Shown here piece by piece: positions 25,416-32,000 of a stretch of DNA of 32,000 nt. Position numbers and translations under genes: made by a program. Each line of letters begins with the position of its first letter. The first letter of the stretch is position 1. Source of the DNA: Candidatus Thorarchaeota archaeon (GTDB taxonomy: Archaea; Asgardarchaeota; Thorarchaeia; Thorarchaeales; Thorarchaeaceae); assembly GCA_003345555.1 (NCBI GenBank), contig PRDJ01000010.1, positions 60,001 to 92,000 of the forward strand. The letters are read 5' to 3'. A model generated the notes under the pieces. That model was not told the DNA's origin. It ran no database searches and was given only the letters and a program-made list of their open reading frames with translations.

Positions 25416-26006
25416 CTACTTCTTGATCCCTTCCAAATGGAACCAATATCCGTTGTCATCCTTCTTCGCGATATGGAAACCAGTCTGTTCCACAATGTCG
25501 CTGATTCTGTCCATCGTCTGACCCTGATTTCCCTTGACTCCGTAGCCCGTTTGATAGACACTTCCGTCTGGCAGAGTATAGCGCATCCTCAGTACGAATC
25601 TTGCTTCACGACAGATTATCTTGCTCGACATTATTGAGAGAGATCCCTTCTTCCTCAATACCCGAAGGACTTCACGGACAACTGCCCGTTTCATTTTCCA
25701 GTCTGCCATGTAATCAAGTGAGAACCAAATCGCGGCAGTCTGGAAGACCGCGTTGCGAAAGGGTAGAGACTCTCCGTCAGAAGCAATCCACTGTGGGGCG
25801 GATTCATAGATTTGAGCCTCTCTGATTTCGCTCAGGTTGATGTCAATCGCACAGACTCTTGAGCCCTCTATTCTGGACACGATTCCCTCTCCTCCTCCAC
25901 CGACGTCTAAGACGAGCCCGGTGCTTCGCAGTCTCTCGAAAGCGATTTCCTGAAATGGCGTCTGGAAAGTTGAGTACTCGGCTCTCGGTGCGAAGGTCAT
26001 AAGCAA
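25416..26006 (-). CDS. Class I SAM-dependent methyltransferase
   Basis: LVLDVGGGGEG (motif I), AIDIN, DGESLPF and EVLRVLRKKG motifs. Confidence 0.88.
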   Translation of the reverse strand: MLMTFAPRAEYSTFQTPFQEIAFERLRSTGLVLDVGGGGEGIVSRIEGSRVCAIDINLSEIREAQIYESAPQWIASDGESLPFRNAVFQTAAIWFSLDYMADWKMKRAVVREVLRVLRKKGSLSIMSSKIICREARFVLRMRYTLPDGSVYQTGYGVKGNQGQTMDRISDIVEQTGFHIAKKDDNGYWFHLEGIKK

Positions 26007-26200
26007 GAGTAGTAAGGCTGCCAGTTAAAAACGACTGGTTCGGTTTGCGGACTGTGCCTGAACAATGAGCAAAGAGTCCTGCTATTTCTTTGGTGGCGGA
26101 CACACCTACTTCTTATACATCCACAAGACTGATACACATGGAGGGTATTATGATTTGACCGTGCTCATAAGCTCGTAGTAGGCAATCGTATGCTAGTTCC

Positions 26201-26725
26201 GTGTCTCATTCGATTGTCATCTGGGATGTTCATATCTTCAAACGCAAGATGGAGTTCTCCTGTGAAATGCATGAAACAGCACGTGACATTGAATCGGATC
26301 TCGAAAAGATAGCGCTAGAGTTGAAAGGAAGAACGCTGAGGGTCTATTGGTATCTACTGAAGAACCCTGAGGAAGCGAGTCTACGTGATATACAGAAGGG
26401 CGCGGGTCTTTCAAGCCCAAGCCTGGCAACCTACCACCTTGACAAGCTGAAAAACCTTGGCCTTGTAAGTACCGACCAACATGGATTATACTCCTTAGAG
26501 AGAAATGTAAAGGTTGGTGTGCTTAGGTTCTTCGTGGGCTCTGGGAGATTGTTAGTTCCTCGCTATGTATTCTATGCAGTGTTTTACATCACGCTAGTTC
26601 TGTGCTATTTGGTGTTTCTCCCCTTCACAACAGGGCCAATCTCCCTGCTCCTTCTCTCTGTTCTGTGTTTTGGGGCGATTACCAGCTGTATTGAGAGTTT
26701 CAGGGCGTGGAGAATGGAAATCTGA
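26201..26725 (+). CDS. Winged-HTH (ArsR-like) protein with two C-terminal TM helices; start may be 26249 or 26267
   Basis: TLRVYWYLL, LRDIQKGAGLSSPSLATYHLDKLKNLGLV HTH, followed by two hydrophobic helices. Confidence 0.8.
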   Translation: MSHSIVIWDVHIFKRKMEFSCEMHETARDIESDLEKIALELKGRTLRVYWYLLKNPEEASLRDIQKGAGLSSPSLATYHLDKLKNLGLVSTDQHGLYSLERNVKVGVLRFFVGSGRLLVPRYVFYAVFYITLVLCYLVFLPFTTGPISLLLLSVLCFGAITSCIESFRAWRMEI

Positions 26726-26800
26726 TTGGTTGAAAAAGTTAGAACGGCTCCACGGAAAGTTAGACGTATCTAGCAATGACACAATACATACACCGGGGTT

Positions 26801-27916
26801 GTGTTGATGAGTACTATGAATTACAGACCCGCACTATATGCCATCGCATCTGTTGCGGCTGCGATTATTCTATTCATTACTGCCCTTGTGACTGGTAGCT
26901 CAGGTTCATCTGTGAGAGTCTTGCCTGGGGTTTCTCTCATTGACTCACCTTTTGCAGAACTTGGCACAGATCCCCTCATAGCAATGGGGTCTTTGTTGTA
27001 TCCCGCCAATTACGAGATTGTAAACGAAAGGCCTTACATAATAAGAGTAGACTACCACGATGCCGATTCTGTAACTGAGCCAGAAGCCGAAGGTGCCGCC
27101 CAGCAGTTCATCAATGAAGTATTCACGAATGAATCCATTCAACAGCTTGAAGTTGACAGAAGATTGACACAATTGCGGGGCGCCCTTCCGAAATGGACAA
27201 TCAATTTCAGGAACAATACGTATTCGGTGCCAATACACATAGAAGCTAGTGTGACGGTGAATGCGCTTTCTGGAGAGATCATTGGGTACGCTGGTAGACC
27301 AATATTGTGCCAAGGAGAAGCGGACAATCAGTCTACTGCTGAGGGCTATGCAATAGCAGCAATGAAGGAAATGGGCTATCTCATACCTTCCAACTCACGA
27401 GTATTCAGCATGAACTGGACCGACCCGACAGCACAGAACGGCGTCACCTATCGTTTCAGATTCCAGGAGGTCTGCAATGATGCTATGATCGACACAAGGA
27501 TAGGGACACTGAGTGTTGAGATAGATGCCGCTAGCGGTGGACTCCAATTCCTGTCATTCGAATGGATTCAGATGGATGAGATACCAGTTGAGGATGTCCT
27601 CTCCGTAGATAGGGTAGGTGATGACGCACTTCTTACGCTCGTTAGAGTATCTGAAGCCGATTTCGACGAAATTAGGCCGCAAGAGTTTCGTCTCTGCTGG
27701 GTGAGGCAGGAAGGAGATTCTGGAAGGACCCTTTTACTGGATGCATTTACTGGTGACTTAGTAGATGCACGAGAGAGCTTTGGTGTCACACATTCTCAGG
27801 ATTATGCGACATGGATTCTCCTCACACCCGTTCTTGTCTCGACCGTCCCTGCAGCATTATTCTCCCTTGGGACAAAGGAGCTTCTTCGTCGGCGAATGAA
27901 AACGCACGATAGATAA
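26801..27916 (+). CDS. Exported, membrane-anchored protein with PepSY/YcdB-like repeats
   Basis: N-terminal signal/TM, C-terminal TM plus basic tail; repeated V[ND]AxxG turns (VNALSGEI, IDAASGGL, LDAFTGDL). Confidence 0.7.
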   Translation: MLMSTMNYRPALYAIASVAAAIILFITALVTGSSGSSVRVLPGVSLIDSPFAELGTDPLIAMGSLLYPANYEIVNERPYIIRVDYHDADSVTEPEAEGAAQQFINEVFTNESIQQLEVDRRLTQLRGALPKWTINFRNNTYSVPIHIEASVTVNALSGEIIGYAGRPILCQGEADNQSTAEGYAIAAMKEMGYLIPSNSRVFSMNWTDPTAQNGVTYRFRFQEVCNDAMIDTRIGTLSVEIDAASGGLQFLSFEWIQMDEIPVEDVLSVDRVGDDALLTLVRVSEADFDEIRPQEFRLCWVRQEGDSGRTLLLDAFTGDLVDARESFGVTHSQDYATWILLTPVLVSTVPAALFSLGTKELLRRRMKTHDR

Positions 27917-27958
27917 TTGTCGTGGGTGACCTTTCGACTTGAATGACAGCCTGGGCGG

Positions 27959-28732
27959 GTGAAGGACGCCTTGAAGGGACTAATCGCTGAAGTCATCGCC
28001 GATTTTATGAAGATGAACTGTAGGAAATCTAGATCCATCATCTTGGCGGGAAGCCGTGCCCTTGGAGAGGCTCAGAATGACAGTGATGTGGACCTTATAG
28101 TAGTGACATGCAACATTGAGGACGCAAGGGACGTGAAGGAGAGTCTAACTAAACTGCAATCGGTTCTAGGCGATACTCCTATCGACTGCAAAGTCTGTAC
28201 GGATAACGGATTTGTCGCTGCCAAGTCAGATTGTGAGCACTTATTCCTCTGGACCGTCATCAGTAATGGCAGTCTGCCCTGTGGGGAAGACATCAGAACT
28301 GACATCAAGCTGAATCCTCGATTGATTGCCGAACTTATGTGGCGACTGATTAAGAATCTAGATACGTCCTGCGATTTGCTCAGAGCAAGGAGCCATTTCA
28401 CTGGCTGCTGCTGTTCAATCTACTACGCTCTGCTAACATCCTACTTCATTGAGCGATTTGTACTCCAGACCAACAAGAGCAATCAACGAAAACACGAGTT
28501 CATGCAAGCACGGTTGCAGAGCGTTCATGATGTTGTCAAGGAGAGATACAAGTGGGTTACGCATCACGTGCCCGATCTCGGGACTACGTCTCAAGTTAGG
28601 ATACCGACAAGTGCTGATAGGAGATACTCCGCAACCGAGTATGTTGAGATTCTCAACACATGCGGGAGTGCCTGTGAATATCTCAAGAATGAGTATTCAA
28701 AGGTCACAAAGTGGGCAGAGCAGTTCATCTGA
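27959..28732 (+). CDS. Minimal nucleotidyltransferase (MNT) fused to a HEPN-like domain
   Basis: LAGSRALGEAQNDSDVDL (Pol-beta NTase GS..DxD motif); helical C-terminal half with RYKWVTH (Rx5H). Confidence 0.75.
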   Translation: MKDALKGLIAEVIADFMKMNCRKSRSIILAGSRALGEAQNDSDVDLIVVTCNIEDARDVKESLTKLQSVLGDTPIDCKVCTDNGFVAAKSDCEHLFLWTVISNGSLPCGEDIRTDIKLNPRLIAELMWRLIKNLDTSCDLLRARSHFTGCCCSIYYALLTSYFIERFVLQTNKSNQRKHEFMQARLQSVHDVVKERYKWVTHHVPDLGTTSQVRIPTSADRRYSATEYVEILNTCGSACEYLKNEYSKVTKWAEQFI

Positions 28733-28920
28733 TACTTACGTGACGGAAGTAATACCGGCATCCTAGACAAGCCCAGTGCTTGACAGTCGCTTGAAAATGA
28801 TTCCCTCAAGCGGTGTTCCGAAAGTGGGATTCTCCGTTTTCGATGAACCGTGCATAATGGCAGGACTTGACGCAACTGCTTGAATAAGACTGGTTCGGTC
28901 CCGTCACTATGCCTGAATGC

Positions 28921-29025
28921 TGGTGGACCGGGCGGGATTTTTGGGCCCGAAGCTGGAAGTCAGTTCCGGAGAACCCGTGACCTCTTCCATGCCAAGGAAG
29001 CGATCTACCACTGATCTACCGGCCC
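28921..29025 (-). tRNA. tRNA-Ala(GGC) with 30-nt T-loop intron at 56/57 (28941-28970), encoded CCA
   Basis: Acceptor GGGCCGG/CCGGTCC with G3-U70, CTTCC TT GGC AT GGAAG; intron removal restores TTCAAAT. Confidence 0.92.
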
Positions 29026-29035
29026 ACGCTGAGTT

Positions 29036-29224
29036 CTATCCTCGCACCCGAACCCCATATACATTCTTGTGGGCCCAGCTGTAACTTCGAATCCTCGTTG
29101 ATGCTCCAAAGCCACAAGCTGCGCATCTATGGTGCGTAATGTGATAGGCTCTTCTACCACATCGCCTACACCTTATGTGGTGAGGGTTGTTAGCTTTTCC
29201 TTTTGACGGAGTGCCTTTCGTCAT
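29036..29224 (-). CDS. rpl37e: 50S ribosomal protein L37e
   Basis: [15 protein letters not shown] and CAACGFG motifs. Confidence 0.97.
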   Translation of the reverse strand: MTKGTPSKGKANNPHHIRCRRCGRRAYHITHHRCAACGFGASTRIRSYSWAHKNVYGVRVRG

Positions 29225-29229
29225 GGGAT

Positions 29230-29502
29230 CTACTCCCCTTCAGAGTTCGACTGTGGAGCACCCGGGGGCGGCGATATGATGACCACATTGTCACCTCTTA
29301 CAATGACAGTTTCGATTCGTTCAACCAACTCAGTGTTGGTTTCCGGGTCCACACCCATCTCATCTGCGTCTTCGAGGATGAGGTTCAAGTGCTGGTCGAA
29401 TCCTCGCAATCGACCCTTTATCTTCTTTCGCGCCTTGAGCTCGACTAGCACCTGGCCACCAATCGATCTCTGCAGAAGCTCCGTGGGTCTACTTGCATTC
29501 AC
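29230..29502 (-). CDS. Sm-like archaeal protein (SmAP1/Lsm); probable GTG start at 29502
   Basis: Sm1 ([17 protein letters not shown]) and Sm2 ([13 protein letters not shown]) motifs; conserved linkage to rpl37e. Confidence 0.95.
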   Translation of the reverse strand: MNASRPTELLQRSIGGQVLVELKARKKIKGRLRGFDQHLNLILEDADEMGVDPETNTELVERIETVIVRGDNVVIISPPPGAPQSNSEGE

Positions 29503-29677
29503 TAGAATCACCGACACAGAATAGGAGTCGCTGAAGCCTAGGCTAGCGACTTTCGAGCCATTCTCCAGGTTTCACTTAAAAACATGACGATGGAAGCTTG
29601 AGACAACAGGGTCTAACCTACTGATATCTAATTGTTCGGCGTCACAGAATTCAAAAGGCGCATCTCAAGACACATAC

Positions 29678-30193
29678 ATGATGCCGAAGATTGAACGTTT
29701 CAAGACGCGACACCTTTTGAGAAAGAGGGAGCAGAAGGAGGAGCTCGAACGAATCGAGAAGCACTTGAGAGCGAAGATTACAGGTCTAAGCCCTGATATA
29801 CAATTCGAGGAGGGCATTACAGACGATGGCTCTAGAGTGCTTTTACTGAATGGCACAATCGTTTTCTTTGAGTCAGAAGGGAAGTTGTTTCCTACTCTCC
29901 GCGCCCTACTTGACGGCATAATCAGCATACCGAGGGTCGTAGTAGACATGGGTGCGGTGAAATACGTAACCAACGGGGCAGATATTATGCGGCCCGGAAT
30001 AAGAAGTGTCGATGATGGCATAGCCCAAGGCTCAGTCGTCGTTGTGGTTGACGAGCGTCATGGAAAGCCTCTGGCAGTGGGCGTCTCAACCATGAACACC
30101 GAGGGATTGCGTGCAGCATCAAGCGGCAAGGTCGTAATCTCGAAGCATCACGTAGGCGACGACCTGTGGGAGTTCGGAAAGAGTGTGGAATAG
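29678..30193 (+). CDS. PUA-domain RNA-binding protein (pre-PUA + PUA; MCT-1/Tma20-like)
   Basis: LFPTL and VVVDMGAVKYVTNGADIMRPGI motifs, ending HHVGDDLW. Confidence 0.9.
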   Translation: MMPKIERFKTRHLLRKREQKEELERIEKHLRAKITGLSPDIQFEEGITDDGSRVLLLNGTIVFFESEGKLFPTLRALLDGIISIPRVVVDMGAVKYVTNGADIMRPGIRSVDDGIAQGSVVVVVDERHGKPLAVGVSTMNTEGLRAASSGKVVISKHHVGDDLWEFGKSVE

Positions 30194-30262
30194 ACCGACC
30201 TGATAATACTCGGGCTTTTCTTTTAACCGCTATATTCGGTTAGTGACGTTGAGGTGAACTGA

Positions 30263-30664
30263 GTGCGGATTTTCTTCAGACGGAAAGAATACCCTGAAGG
30301 CTCACCTGATGGCTGTTCTCCCGAGAGACATCATTCTCACCTGGGCATTTTCTCACCTGTCTCCAGTCCGTCTGAGTCAGAAGTTCTTCAAGACTTCAAG
30401 AAGCTTTGCGAGCTAGACGCCATATACATCAGATCAAAACGACTGGAGTCCTTGGATGACGTCCCTTTCGTCGTAAATGAGATTCGCGAAGGAACAATTG
30501 TCCTGCTTGACATTTCGAGACTGAATGATGGCAAGGAACAAGGCCACTTGGAACTCAAGCGCATAATTGAACGAATCCGAGGGGAAACACGGGGTTTTGG
30601 CGCTGAGATAGCTCTCGTCAATGACAACTGCGTGATTGTGACTCCTTCATTTGTAAGATTCTGA
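30263..30664 (+). CDS. sepF: Cell division protein SepF
   Basis: IYIRSKRLESLDD..NEIREGTIVLLDIS..ELKRIIERI..VIVTPS matches the archaeal SepF core. Confidence 0.82.
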   Translation: MRIFFRRKEYPEGSPDGCSPERHHSHLGIFSPVSSPSESEVLQDFKKLCELDAIYIRSKRLESLDDVPFVVNEIREGTIVLLDISRLNDGKEQGHLELKRIIERIRGETRGFGAEIALVNDNCVIVTPSFVRF

Positions 30665-30767
30665 GAAAGCACATCGGGCCATTAATTGGGTACCTAGTTT
30701 GGGTCCAGATGGCTTTGAATGGCATCAATATCCATGCCGCTAGCCGCTGCCTTTTGCTCACCCAATC

Positions 30768-32000
30768 TTATCTCAGCTTCGCACTCTCAGTGACGGTGAG
30801 GGCTTTCGTTTCGATGTTCAACGCCTTGTGGATGGTAGAAGCGAGATTCATGCACTTTGTGGCCTCACCATGACATGTCAGTATCATTTCAGGTACTGGA
30901 CTCACTCTCTTGACGAAACTCAGAATCTGTTTTCTGTCTGAGTGACCAGAGAAGCCTTCCACGGTCTCGACGGTCAAGTTCACCGGGACCACAGTCACGT
31001 TGCCTTCGCGATTGCGCATCTGTATTTCTTTCCATCCCTTCTGAACTCTGCGTCCAAGTGTTCCTTCGCCCTGGTAGCTAACAAAGACAACTGCATTATT
31101 GACATCTGGGGCTAGGAGTCTGAAATAGTCAACACTGGGACCGCCTGCAAGCATACCTGACGTGGCCATGATTATGCAGGGCTCACCTGCAACGATTTGT
31201 TCGCGTTGATCAGGATTATCGACTTGAGTGAATATCTCATTCAAGAACGGGTTCACGCCTTGATGGAATATCTTCTCCCGTATTTTCTTGCTAAGCGCCT
31301 CAGGATGGGTGGTGTGTATCGCAGTAGCCTGAGCTATCATCCCCTCAATATAGACCGGAACCTTCGGGATACGGCCTGTGGTGACAAGATCCTCTAGCAC
31401 GAGCATGATTTCCTGTGCACGCCCAACTGCAAGCACGGGTATGAGCACCTTTCCTCTTCTTTCAATCGTCCTCTTTATCACGGACGCAAACTTCCTTTCG
31501 ACTTCTTGCCTCGGCGCCATCTTGTCGGTGGGGTGACCGTACGTGCTTTCTATAATAAGAGTCTCCAATCTCGGGAAGGTGAATGTTGCTGGTTCCAAGA
31601 GTCTTGTTCTTCCGAACTTGAAGTCGCCAGTATATGCGAGATTGTACTGGCCGTCCCCTACATGAAGGTGAACGATTGCAGACCCAAGAATATGACCTGC
31701 ATTGTGCAATGTGAGTCTGACATCAGGAGCAATGTCAGTGACCTCACCATAGTTCAGAGGTATGGTATGGATTATGCCCTCCTTGACATCCCGGTCTCTG
31801 TAGGGTCTCAATTTTCCTTCTCGTTCAGCGACCTCCAAGTAGTCTAGCTGAAGCAGAGTTGACAAGTTCAATGTTGGTGCTGTCATGTAGACAGGACCGC
31901 GGTATCCGTACTTGAAGAGGAACGGAACCATTCCACAGTGATCTAGGTGTGCATGGCTGACTATGACCGCATCCAGCTTGTCTATATTCAGCTCTGGCAT
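30768..32000 (-). CDS. Beta-CASP ribonuclease aCPSF1 (FttA), 5'-partial
   Basis: SHAHLDHCG, AGHILGSA, ESTYG, AVGRAQE, TSGML, GFSGHSD and HGE motifs. Confidence 0.95.
   Translation of the reverse strand: MPELNIDKLDAVIVSHAHLDHCGMVPFLFKYGYRGPVYMTAPTLNLSTLLQLDYLEVAEREGKLRPYRDRDVKEGIIHTIPLNYGEVTDIAPDVRLTLHNAGHILGSAIVHLHVGDGQYNLAYTGDFKFGRTRLLEPATFTFPRLETLIIESTYGHPTDKMAPRQEVERKFASVIKRTIERRGKVLIPVLAVGRAQEIMLVLEDLVTTGRIPKVPVYIEGMIAQATAIHTTHPEALSKKIREKIFHQGVNPFLNEIFTQVDNPDQREQIVAGEPCIIMATSGMLAGGPSVDYFRLLAPDVNNAVVFVSYQGEGTLGRRVQKGWKEIQMRNREGNVTVVPVNLTVETVEGFSGHSDRKQILSFVKRVSPVPEMILTCHGEATKCMNLASTIHKALNIETKALTVTESAKLR

Noticed and set aside
25416-28920. Possible genomic island ending at tRNA-Ala
   Set aside because: The gene content looks accessory, but no direct repeat of the tRNA 3' end and no recombinase was found, so it is not called as a mobile element
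1-32000. Numerous antisense or overlapping ORFs in the six-frame track (e.g. 602-1063, 4754-5263, 5374-5910, 8083-8790, 18702-19349, 22468-23268)
   Set aside because: They are shadows of well-supported genes on the opposite strand or frame, with no recognisable motifs
1-32000. CRISPR arrays, rRNA genes, transposases
   Set aside because: No regularly spaced repeats, rRNA-like sequence or transposase motifs were seen

Overview
Archaeal core-genome window, most likely from an Asgard (Thorarchaeia-like) lineage. That assignment is an inference from the eukaryote-type topoisomerase IB, the archaeal ribosomal proteins and the gene order. The window contains: thiL; a COG1031-type radical SAM gene; an HDAC-family deacetylase; the ftsZ1-secE-spt5-rpl11-rpl1-rpl10-rpl12 cluster; pfkB and argF; the rnp4-yhbY-rps19e-PDCD5-rpl39e-rpl31e-eIF6-rplX-pfdA-ftsY cluster; nep1; topoisomerase IB; pyrE; dut; an accessory-looking block (methyltransferase, membrane wHTH, PepSY-like exported protein, MNT-HEPN fusion); Sm1-rpl37e; a PUA protein; sepF; and a partial aCPSF1. 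There are six tRNA genes, all with encoded CCA, and four carry introns. Most striking observations: (1) both tRNA-Gly genes carry related 48-nt introns at the unusual D-loop position 14/15; (2) an 11-nt motif GCNTGAAGACA lies in sense orientation in both Gly introns and in antisense orientation in the tRNA-Arg intron (degenerately also in the tRNA-Ala intron), so the intron RNAs could base-pair with each other; (3) Spt5 carries a C2HC zinc finger inserted in its NGN domain; (4) the rpl11 operon has a long structured leader spanned by a 40-codon uORF. No CRISPR array, transposase or integrase was seen. All alignments and folds were done by eye.
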